32,000 nucleotides of DNA from Candidatus Saccharimonadota bacterium. GTDB lineage: Bacteria; Patescibacteriota; Gracilibacteria; BD1-5; UBA2023. The stretch spans positions 510,001 through 542,000 of the forward strand of contig BAAFHK010000001.1 in the NCBI GenBank assembly GCA_042852035.1, in the 5' to 3' direction. The translations under genes were made by a program, and so were the position numbers. Shown here one piece after another: positions 19,459-29,165 of this stretch. Below the pieces are notes generated by a model, which saw nothing but the letters and a program-made list of their open reading frames with translations, did not search any database and had not been told where the DNA came from. The stretch's first letter is position 1. The number at the start of each line of letters is the position of its first letter.

Positions 19459-20145
19459 TTATTCAGTTTGGGATTCACTCTCGTCACTGTCTTCAAGAAG
19501 TTCGAGTGTCGTCATAAGATTCTTGATCGTAAAGTCGATGGGGTCGATACTTGGATATTTTGCATGAGTTTTTCCACGCGTGATTCAGGCAAGAATCATT
19601 GTTGGTACCTCATCACTTGAGAGCACTTCAAGAGCAGGGAAGACATTACTTTCAGTATAAATATCTGCCTCATATGCGAGCATCATTTTTTCATGAAGCT
19701 CAAGAGGGGGATTTTCTGGAGCCTGAGAAACAAGAATTCCTCACAGGGAAAGACCAAAATCTTCTACGTAGTAGTCTTTTTGTTCGCTAAAATTTTCTAT
19801 AAATGATTTTTCTTCTATAAAAGAATCCCGATTTTCCTTATGAACATCTGCTTTTTCTAATGCTTTCGAATATCCAAGGAAAACATTCGGCACAATAATA
19901 TCTCCCACCTCATGAATCATATCCACACTATATCCAAAATAAGGGAAATAAAGTCTTTCAGGAAGAAATTCTGAAGCAATCCAAGTTATAATTTCAGCTG
20001 AAGGAACTTTCTTAAGAAGTAAATAAAAAGTATTCCCCCTCCGAAAAACTTCTGCCATATGATTGGATTGAGTTTTTTCTGGGGTAAAAGTTTTTAGTAT
20101 CCCATCAAAAAGTGTAGGGGAGTCAGTAGCTATAACTCTAAGCAT
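19459..20145 (-). CDS. Divergent nucleoside phosphorylase-superfamily (MTA/SAH nucleosidase-like) protein
   Basis: Minus strand, ATG 20143-20145 to TAA 19459-19461 with two TGA as Gly (228 aa). Weak resemblance to MtnN blocks (EVGDIIVPN, L(G)GILVS, PTMILA(G)ITRG). Catalytic residues are not clearly conserved. Confidence 0.4.
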
Positions 20146-20206
20146 GATTTGATTTTTAGTATGTGAGGGATAGTATAGGGAAAACCCTAAATGTCAAAGT
20201 CTCATT

Positions 20207-20611
20207 ATGGATATTTCAACCCTTATTGTTGGTCTTACCTTTGGTCTTATTATCTGAGTTGCCATTATGAGGATTCTTTTCTCTCTGGAACACAAAGAAA
20301 TACGCAAGTCAGCTATCTCTGGATCAAAGAATCAAATCCTCGGAGAACTCTATGAAAAGGTTCTCCCCGTACTTCCAAATTTTCCATTCAAACCAAAAGA
20401 TATGGTATTTCTCGGAAAGGGATGTGATTATATTATCTTTGATGGACTAAATGAAGGGAGACTTAAGGAAATTATTTTTCTAGAACTCAAGAGCGGAAAG
20501 TCACGACTCACTAAAAACGAGGAAGCCATTCGTTATGCTGTTTCCCATAAACAAGTTCGATATGCAGAATATCATATAGCATCAAGTAAAAATGATGAAA
20601 TTGAAAGGTAA
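20207..20611 (+). CDS. COG4741-type membrane-anchored endonuclease related to archaeal Holliday junction resolvase
   Basis: ATG 20207 to TAA 20609-20611 with TGA 20255-20257 as Gly (134 aa). N-terminal TM, then GELYEKVLPVLPNFPFKPKDMVFLGKGCDYIIFDGL...IIFLELKSGKSRLTKNEEAIR, which matches the remembered family pattern. Confidence 0.65.
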
Positions 20612-20725
20612 ATTTTACATCAAAAGTTGTTTTTTTTACCGAATACGTATAGACTGAGTATAAGAAAATTAAACTTGATTCTTCTTAGAACAATACCATA
20701 TTCATAATTGATTTTTCATCCTATT

Positions 20726-21478
20726 ATGCTCCTCTCCACTCGCTCACTTGAATGATACTGACTCGATAAAATTTTTGCCATAGCAAAGGAGGCATGATGC
20801 TCTGGTATTGATCTATCAGTAGACTTTAGTCTTTTTGATACCTTTGACAGCCTCTATCTCAAGGAGCTTTCAGCTCGCTATAGCATACCTATAATAAGCG
20901 TGACAGCTCCAACTCGGAGAATGACAAAGAAAAAAGCAAGTGAAGTTATCGTACTTGCTGAAAGTCTTTGAGTAAAGCTTGTGAATTTTACTCCTCCGCA
21001 TAGAACCGATACTGACAAAGAATGGTTTAATGTCGGACTCAAGGAGCTCATAAATGAGTATCCTAATGTACTCATCAATGTAGTAAATGCTCCTCCAAAA
21101 ACATGGCTTTTCGTCGTGTCAGAGTATGGAGATGCTCGACCTGAAACAATAAAAAAAATTACCGAACATACGGCTCTCTCCATAGAAAATGTTGAACCCG
21201 AGAGCTGAGTTGATCTTATTAAAACATTCACTCTTCTTGGTACAACTATTGGACTTGTATATTTTTCTGATAAAACAGAAGAAAAATGAGGACTCTTTCC
21301 TGGAGAAGGTGATATGCCCCTCGAGAGCTTTCTCATAAGGCTTCGAGATGTTTGATATCCTGGAGAATTCACACTCGATATCTCTCCCGAAAGCATCAAT
21401 GCAGGAAATGATAACGAGGTCGTTGCGAGAATACAAAAAGCTGAGAGCTATCTTCATCGATACTTTGCGAAAGAGTAA
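20726..21478 (+). CDS. Xylose isomerase-like TIM-barrel (sugar phosphate isomerase/epimerase family) protein
   Basis: ATG 20726 to TAA 21476-21478 with several TGA as Gly (250 aa). N-terminus LSTRSLE(G)Y(G)LDKIFAIAKEA(G)CSGIDLS is typical of the family. The rest gives only weak support. Confidence 0.5.
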
Positions 21479-21480
21479 TT

Positions 21481-21507
21481 AAAAATCTTCCTTTAAGGAA
21501 GATTTTT
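21481..21507. terminator. Bidirectional terminator (27-nt perfect palindrome)
   Basis: AAAAATCTTCCTT-T-AAGGAAGATTTTT lies between convergent genes. It overlaps the last codons of the minus-strand gene. Confidence 0.7.
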
Positions 21508-22138
21508 AATTACTAAATATTTTCATGGCCTTTAATTTATTCTCAACCGTTCACTCTATCTCAAGACGATCTCTCAAAAAGATATTTCATTTTTGAGCAA
21601 GGATGGAGAGAACGAGCTTATCATTATATTCCAATCTATTAGTGAAGTCTTCGAGATTCATGATTGCATATTTCACTTTTTTTCCAAAGAATGTTTTCTC
21701 AAGAAAGTTATTAAATTCAATCTTATCGAGTTCACCAATAATAAAAATATCGACAATATTATTTGTTGTCTCATTTCGAAAATCAAGAATTGCCTCAGAG
21801 ATAGTAACGAGATCAAGATTTTTTCTTCATTTAAAAAAGTCCTTGATAGGAGTCATAACATTATATGCCTTCAAGAACATATCACGAATCTGCTCATAAA
21901 TCACTGAGTTTCGATTCATGAGGTAATATTTTTTCTTATTCTGCTCGTATGATTTCAGGATGCCAAGATGTTCGAGATTCATCAGCTCTCGACGAACCGC
22001 ATTAATCTGCTCATCTGTATCACGACAAAGCTCACGTATAAAAAAACCAGTGCTATTTTTTGCAACGGTGTCTTCGATAACGAGCTTTTCGAGGAGCTTC
22101 ACACGAGAACGAGAACCAAAGAGTTTGACGAGATCCAC
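21506..22138 (-). CDS. Winged-helix (ArsR-like) transcriptional regulator with uncharacterised C-terminal domain
   Basis: Minus strand, ATG 22136-22138 to TAA 21506-21508 with three TGA as Gly (210 aa). N-terminal LFGSRSRVKLLEKLV...FIRELCRDTDEQINAVRRELMNLEHLGILK. Confidence 0.6.
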
Positions 22139-22321
22139 GAGAAAAAGTGACTACAGAAAGTATACTAAAGCTGAGTATATATTTCTAGGAGAGAATTGCA
22201 AGATTTTCGTTTATGAACTACAAAAACGACTTCTCAATCAAAATGAAAAATAAAATTTTTGTAAAAGGAAAATTCGTGTTCTCGATTCGACATTTTCTCC
22301 GATTTTTCTATACTACCGAAC

Positions 22322-24646
22322 ATGTCAAAACTCAACCCCGCACAAAAAGAAGCCGTAGATACCATATATGGTCCTCTCCTTATAAACGCTGGAGCATGAT
22401 CAGGTAAAACTCACACCATTACTGAAAGAGTGGTATTTATGGTAACCGAGAAAAAAATTGACCCAAGAAGTATTTTTTGTGTTACTTTTACCAACAAGGC
22501 TGCCAAAGAAATGCGAGAGCGAATTGCTCGACGTCTCGGTATCGATCCAGGTTCCATCAATCCCTTCAGAACTCTGTGACTCCCAACGATTGGAACCTTC
22601 CATTCGATTGCTGCATTCTTCCTTCGGATGTTTATCGATGAGATATGATATGGAAAGGATTTTATTATCTATGATACTGACGATTGTCTAAGGACTGTAA
22701 AGGAGATTTTGAAGCGACAAAATATCGATGAAAAAGAGTTTAATCCTCGAGGAGTACTTGGTATGATCTCTCAAGCAAAAGGAAAATGAATGAGTCCGAT
22801 GGAATTTAGCGCTACAGTGGATTCATATTTTTGATCTGTTGTTTTCGAAGTGTATAAGGAATATGCTGGAAAAATGAAGAAAGAAAATGCTCTTGATTTC
22901 GATGATCTTCTTTTGTTCTTTCGACAAATTCTCGATATACCTTCTGTAATTGAGTACTTTCATAATCGGTTTGAGTACTTTATGGTAGATGAATATCAAG
23001 ATACGAATGTACTCCAGTATGAGATAGTGAGACTTCTTGCATCAAAAACCAAAAATCTCTGTGTGGTTTGAGATGATTGGCAGGGAATCTATTCTTGGAG
23101 AGGGGCAGATATCGAAAATATCCTCTCCTTTAAAAAAGATTATCCTGAAGCAAAAGTAATCAATCTTGAAGAAAATTATAGATCCACAAAAAATATTATT
23201 GAGGCTGCAAATCACGTCATCAAGAATAATGCCAATCAAATGAAGAAAACCCTGTTTACTTCAAAATGAGATGGAGAGAAGATACTTCTCCTTGAAGGAA
23301 TGGATGACAAGCATGAGGCAGAGCTCATAGCAACTAAGATTAAAGAGTTTGGATCTCATCATCTCGAGTGAAACAAAGGATCTGAAAGCCTAGGTTCTTC
23401 GCCATCTCAAAATGACGAAACAACGAACGATGTACGATACTCTTCTTTTGCTATCCTTTATCGCACAAACGGGCAATCTCGCCTTATCGAAGAATCACTC
23501 ATCCGAAAAAACATCCCGTATAGAGTTTATGGAGGGGTAAAATTTTATGAAAGAAAGGAGATAAAAGACGTTCTTGCGTATATTCGCATCATTTTTAATC
23601 CCCTTGATAGCGCGAGCCTCAAGCGGATAATCAATGTGCCTTGAAGAAAAATTTGAGAAAAGTCTTTGGAAAATTTCCTTGAGATTATGGATCGTGAACG
23701 TATGAATATTTCTCAAATTGCAGAAGAACCTATGATTGTCGAATCACTTTCTGGTATTGGTGCAAATGGGATTCGATCATTTGTTACGCTCTATAAAACC
23801 CTCAGAGATATCTCAAAATCTGAAAGCGTGGCAGCGCTTATGTCAGCAATTATATCTCGAACAAACTACGAAGCCTATCTCAAGGAAGAATATGGAGAAG
23901 AAGAATATGAAGGAAAAATCGAGAATCTCGAAGAGTTCGTAAATATGGCTTCTCGTTATGATGGTATGACTTATCCGGAAAATATCGCATCATTCCTCGA
24001 AGATATCGCTCTTATTACAGATCAAGATAGGGATACTGAGCAGGGAAATGCCTCCACAGATTCACAAGGACATGTCTCTCTTATGACCATTCATCTCGCA
24101 AAATGATTGGAATTTCCATATGTATTTATTGCCTGAGCGGAAGAAGGAATCTTCCCACACTCAAGAACACTTCTTGATGCTCGTGAGATAGAAGAAGAAA
24201 GAAGACTCATGTATGTTGCAATTACTCGAGCAAAAGAACGGCTTTACATCTCTCGCGCCTTTGAGCGATATACTTTTGGGAATTTTAGCGCGAATCCGAA
24301 GAGTCGTTTTATCGGAGAAATCCCAAGTCAGTACTTAGAACAAAGCGAAGTAAGGAGAGAATGATCCAGCATATTCGGATCTTCAAATCCTCACATCCAG
24401 ACTCTCTCAAGTCTATTCCAGAATAATAACGTAAAATCTTCCTCTTCATCCATGGGGCTTACCTCAAATAAAGCAACTGCAAAAAAGAATAGCGCCTGAG
24501 ATTTTTGTTCTTGAGATCGAATTGAACACGCACAATATGGTATCTGAACTATCGTATGACTCTCTTGAGCTGTGGCTGATATTGCTTTTTCGTGAGTTGG
24601 AGTAAAGAAGATGAATGTGGAAATTGCCCCGATAAAAAAGATATAA
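22322..24646 (+). CDS. pcrA: UvrD/PcrA/Rep-family ATP-dependent DNA helicase
   Basis: ATG 22322 to TAA 24644-24646 in frame 2 (774 aa). Motif I NAGA(G)SGKTH (TGA 22397-22399), [21 protein letters not shown](G)[28 protein letters not shown](G)[21 protein letters not shown]. Confidence 0.92.
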
Positions 24647-24692
24647 AATACTGCAATTTTGACAGAGTATATTTTATACTTATATTATATAC

Positions 24693-25709
24693 ATGTCACT
24701 TCATGAAGAACCGTTTGTCCTCATTGTTCGCTGAAGAATCACTGAAGCTCCTAAAAAATGGAGAACGAATCTTACTCGCGATATCTGATACCGACTAGCT
24801 CAGTGTTACAATCTTAGTAGAGGAGATCGAAGAGAGGCTCTCGATGAGCTCGATATTTTATTTGAAAAGCAACTACAGTTTATTATCACTCTCCCAAAGC
24901 GAGTGCAGGAGATTGTTGATGCTAATGGATTTATTCATCATGAAGCTGTCTCAGAAACTGTACTCCCAAAGCGAAATATCCTCTCAAATACCCAAAGAGA
25001 AAAGGTAAAAAAAGCAATCAAGTCCTATGTTTCCCGAAGAAATCATCTCCGTTGACGAAAAATATTTGAAAGGATTGCTAACCTAGGAAAAAATAATTCT
25101 CTTCTCTGGTTTTGAGATGATATCCCAAACCTAAAAAAGAATATTGACCCTATTCATGGTCTCGAAGATGAGACTTGAGGTTTCAGATTTTTTGGAGAAT
25201 ACCCTATAGAATGAGAAATTGAAGTTGAACTTGGAGATGACTTCATCATATTTTACTTCTCAAATCCTCAAGACTACTATCGAGCCTATGGAAATAAGTG
25301 TGGTACTGATATGGGAAAACCAAGTATCGGTGCAGTTCTAGAAAAAAGAGTTGTCATTATCCGTGGCACAAAGGCAGAAACTCGAAGCAATGTACTCATC
25401 CATGAAGATCAGCATATCAAAAATGGATACCTTTTTTCAGAGACTGATGAAAGCATAGAAACAAGAATAAAGGATGAAATCGTCGCATATCTCACAGACC
25501 CTGAACTCTCAGTCGAACAAATTCTTGCCATTCTCCTCAAAGAAAATTGACTCTACCATTATAGTGATATTTCTGACTGGGAGGAACATAAAAAAATGGT
25601 AGAACGGCATCTAAGAACCGCTTTTCGGGTGAAGGAAAAACGTTGAGATACCTTTCTTTTACTCTTAGCCGTAACCGAAATGAAGCTTTGGAAAAGACTC
25701 TGTCGATAA
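24693..25709 (+). CDS. Hypothetical protein with HExxH motif (5' end uncertain)
   Basis: Frame 0 is open from ATG 24693 to TAA 25707-25709 with TGA = Gly. It contains LIHEDQH. The first ~45 codons are compositionally odd, and a better-looking 31-aa frame-1 ORF (24703-24798, TAG stop) overlaps them. See findings. Confidence 0.5.
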
Positions 25710-25715
25710 AATATT

Positions 25716-26816
25716 CTAACGCTCTTCTTGTTCTCGTATTTCATTCAAATATTCTCGAAGAACGGTAGGGTTTTTAATGTGTTCCATGAGAGTTTTTCAT
25801 GAGATGAGTTTCTCTTTATGGAGATTTATGAGTGCTGTTTGCATCGGAATCTGTCACTCTTGCGATCCTGTTTCCATAACTCAATACAGATGAGAAATAT
25901 TACCTTCCATGATAAGATTTCTTGATGCTTCGCCATTAATAAAAACTTCTCGAGCAACAATATTTCCAGAACCATCCCTTTTGGGAAGTATAATCTGTCC
26001 TATAACTGAAACAAGAACGAGTGCAAGCTGTATGCGTATCTGAGATTGCATCTGGGCAGGGAAGGCATAGATAAGTCGATCAAAAGCCTGGACTACATCA
26101 TTCGTATGAAGTGTAGAAATAACAAGATGTCCTGTTTCTGCAAGAGTAAGCACTGCAGAAATAGTTTCTTGATCTCGCATTTCTCAGACAATAATAATAT
26201 CTGGATCCTCACGCATAGCATCTCGAATTGCTTGATCAAATGTCTCCACATGCTTCCCAACTTGTTTTTGATGGATAAGTGATTTTTGGTTTTTGAGAAT
26301 ATACTCAATCGGATCCTCAACCGTAATAATATGTTTATGGAAATTTTTATTGAGAAAATCTACCATTGCCATAACACTGGTTGTTTTTCCAGATCCAGTT
26401 CATCCAGTAACAAGAATGAGTCACCGATCAGACTTTAAGAGCCTTAAGATATTGGGAGTAAGTCAGACAGATTCTGCTGTTGGGGTATTTTTCTTAATCG
26501 TACGAAGAGCGATAGCAAATCCATCATTATCTTTGGAGATATTTCCTCGAAAACGAGTTCCTTCAAGCTCATAGATAAAATTAATCCCTCGTGTTGCGGT
26601 ATCAATACGCTCTCTTGTTACTTGAGAATTCATATATGCTGCAAGATCATAGAGGTCGTTTATCTCAATAATTCAGAAATTTTCTACTGGATCAACGTCC
26701 CGACTTGTCATACGAATAAAAGGATATTGCCCACTCGTAAGGTGAATATCCGTTATATTTTCCCTGATCGACTCTCGCATGAGTTGCAAGAATTTTTGTT
26801 CAAGTTCAACGTTCAT
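25716..26816 (-). CDS. pilT: Type IV pilus retraction ATPase PilT
   Basis: Minus strand, ATG 26814-26816 to TAG 25716-25718 (366 aa). ITDIHL, Walker A LVTG(G)TGSGKTT, TVEDPIEY, Walker B/Asp box DIIIV(G)EMRDQET (TGA 26184-26186), His box TGHLVISTLHTND. Confidence 0.9.
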
Positions 26817-26916
26817 ATCTCATATCCTAGCATAATTCGAATGAAAAACAAAAAATAGGATTATTCTTTGCAAGTATTCGATTGACTCTCTAAGGAAAAA
26901 ATGAGAAAAACTATTC

Positions 26917-27816
26917 TTACGTATGCAATATTCCCATTTTTCCGTTTTGGAAATCCTGCCATGCTTGGACGATCTCATCTTCACTCGTCATAACAAATGG
27001 TCAGTAGTTTACAACGCTTTGTCAGAGCGGCTTTCCTCACATAACGAGAATTTTTGCAATAGAGTGAGTTTGTAGAGAAATCTTGCTTCATTCGAGAGAA
27101 AAATACGCCATATCGCCATTTTTAAGTTCTTTTCCTGCAATTTCAGCATCCCCCTCGACCATAAGAATCATAACATTTTGAGAAGGAGAAAACTCAAGCT
27201 CCACCGATCAAGATTTCTCAAATCGTATATCATAGAGCTCAATAGGAGAAAAAGTATTTGCGCCTCAAGTTTTTTCTATACTTGCGCCTCAAACATCTTT
27301 CATATTCAACTGTCCAGCAATAACTCTGACCTTCCCAGAAGAAAATAAAACTTCCGGAATAATATCACGGGTAAGGGCTTGGTATCTTGGTGCGGTCATT
27401 TTATGTTCCTTTGGCAAATCAACCCATAATTGAACAGCATGTTGAGTGCCGCCATTTCGAGAGAAATTTTCGGTCATGAATTCATTGTGAAGGAGTCCAC
27501 TTCCTGCGGTCATCCATTGCACTTCATCAGCTCATATAATTCAGCCATTTCCTGCAGTATCCTGGTGTTCGATTTCTCAAGAGTACACAATAGTCACCGT
27601 CTCAAATCCACGATGCGGATGAAATCCTACTCCTGGTCGATATCCATCTTTCTGTGGAGGAATATGCCATGGGGCATTATAATCCAACATCAAAAATGGG
27701 CTTGTTTCAGGATTCATATCGCGTCCATATCCAGGAATGTATTGTGAAACTCGAAAGCCATCACCTACCATATGAGCATTTCGGGGATGCTCAAGTCTCG
27801 TAATTTTTTTTTGCAT
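26917..27816 (-). CDS. Pirin-family (cupin) protein
   Basis: Minus strand, TAA 26917-26919. HMVGDGFRV, GFHPHRGFETVTIVYS(G)EIEHQD..., VQWMTAGSGLLHNE, C-terminal cupin domain. Start set at ATG 27814-27816 because a TTGACA...TATAAT promoter spans the alternative ATG at 27835-27837. Confidence 0.85.
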
Positions 27817-27952
27817 TTTATTATAAATAGTTATCATGAAAACATGTCAATAGACTCACTCTCTCCTTCATTAAAGTTGGCTCATAACAGCCCAGCACCC
27901 CTAGAAACACAAGAAATTTCTATAATTGTAAATGATATATTAGAATTTTGAG

Positions 27953-28138
27953 ATGGAACTCTTGTACTCTCATGAGAGAGGGTCGATGATATGCTTGAAG
28001 AAGAGGAGGAATACTTTATCTGCGATACTTGATTATTTGAATGAACAAACCTCAGTATCGGTAGTTGGATGACTATTCGTGTTACGAGTAACGCAAATAC
28101 TTGAGTACATAGAGCACTCTCCATCGCAGATAGAATAG
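27953..28138 (+). CDS. Possible 61-aa ORF (hypothetical)
   Basis: ATG 27953 to TAG 28136-28138 with one TGA. TATAAT lies at 27921-27926. A terminator-like hairpin ATAGAAT-agacg-ATTCTAT plus TTTT follows at 28130-28152. No family recognised. Confidence 0.2.
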
Positions 28139-28176
28139 ACGATTCTATTTTAGGGGAATTATTCTAAAATTCAACT

Positions 28177-28440
28177 TTATTTTATAAAGTATAATAGTAC
28201 TCAACTCCAAAGAAGCATAAGAAGGGGAATACCGAGTCGAAACTGATTTTTCCCTGCTTTGTGATAGAGTGGTTTTTGCATACCAAGCCAGACACCAAAA
28301 CACCCACCTATTCAGGCAATTGTCCAAAGTGTTTTCTCGCTCACGCGCCACCACTTATAGATGGACTTCACCTTATCGATCCACATGAGAGCGTACGAGA
28401 TGAGGTTTATAATAATAATATAGGTAAGCATATCTTTCAT
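28177..28440 (-). CDS. DUF1294-family small membrane protein
   Basis: Minus strand, ATG 28438-28440 to TAA 28177-28179 with two TGA as Gly (87 aa). DKVKSIYKWWRVSEKTLWTIA(G)IGGCFGVWLGMQKPLYHKAGKNQF matches the remembered DUF1294 pattern. Confidence 0.7.
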
Positions 28441-28443
28441 AGA

Positions 28444-28899
28444 TTATTCTCTCTCCTCCTTTTCTTTTTGTTCTCTAAGAAGGCTGCTTTTCCATTTTTC
28501 TATCTCATATCCTCCGATGCGGATAATCTCTATGTTTGGAAATAGCTTCTTGATCTCTTCTTCAGGAACGCGTTGATCATACCCAAAAGCAAGAACATCT
28601 GGAGCATACATACGAAGTGGAGCAAAAATATCTTTCTCATCACCAATAATCACTTCTGCTGTTTTAAAGGCATGGGAAACGTTTCTTTGTCGGGTATCTT
28701 CATCATCTTTCGGCCTCCTTCCTTTGAGTTTGGTAACTCGTTCGTCTCGAGCAATAACTACAATAAATTTCTCCGCATATTGCTCAGCTTGTGAAAGATA
28801 ATATACGTGTCAGGGATGAAAAAGATCAAATGTGCCAAAGGCCATAACAATTTTTGCGCGATTTTTTGCATCAAAGTGTGAAGATTCGGTGAATGACAT
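28444..28899 (-). CDS. Cytidylyltransferase-like nucleotidyltransferase (RibL/TagD-type)
   Basis: Minus strand, ATG 28897-28899 to TAA 28444-28446 (151 aa). VMAFGTFDLFHP(G)HVYYL: the HxGH motif glycine is TGA 28810-28812. Confidence 0.75.
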
Positions 28900-28972
28900 A
28901 TGTGAGTAGAACGTCAACAAAAAGAAAAAAGAAGACTACGTGCACAAAAGGTGAACAATTTTTAAAAATCTT

Positions 28973-29022
28973 TTGACAATATGTGGTGGAAAAAGTAGAG
29001 TCATAAACACAATATCTAGTAT
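28973..29022 (+). promoter_or_regulatory. nrd promoter (TTGACA-17-TAGAGT) with two NrdR-box-like palindromes
   Basis: Box 2, ACACAATATCTAGTAT (29007-29022), matches 13/16 of the remembered NrdR consensus ACACTATATATAGTGT. Box 1, TGACAATATGTGGTGG (28974-28989), matches about 11/16 and overlaps the -35. The box centres are 33 bp apart. Confidence 0.5.
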
Positions 29023-29060
29023 GTTTATGTGATACTTCATCTCATTTCATTCTGTGAAGG

Positions 29061-29120
29061 TCGACCACTAGTCTACTCATAAAGTAGCCTTTTGCAAAAG
29101 GGAAGTTAGTCGATTTTTTT
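29061..29120 (+). promoter_or_regulatory. Structured 5' leader of nrdA ending in a U-tract (attenuator-like)
   Basis: Outer stem TCGAC (29061-29065) / GTCGA (29109-29113) encloses hairpins CTACT-cataa-AGTAG and CCTTTTGCAAAAGG. TTTTTTT follows at 29114-29120, 45 nt before the ATG. Confidence 0.35.
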
Positions 29121-29165
29121 GTCCTTCTTCGTAATTCATAATTTTTCATATCACTTTTTTCTCCT

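Noticed and set aside
22213-22407. 64-aa ORF overlapping the UvrD start
   Set aside because: It is out of frame with and overlaps the well-supported helicase N-terminus (motif I). Its basic low-complexity translation indicates a spurious ORF in the divergent promoter region.
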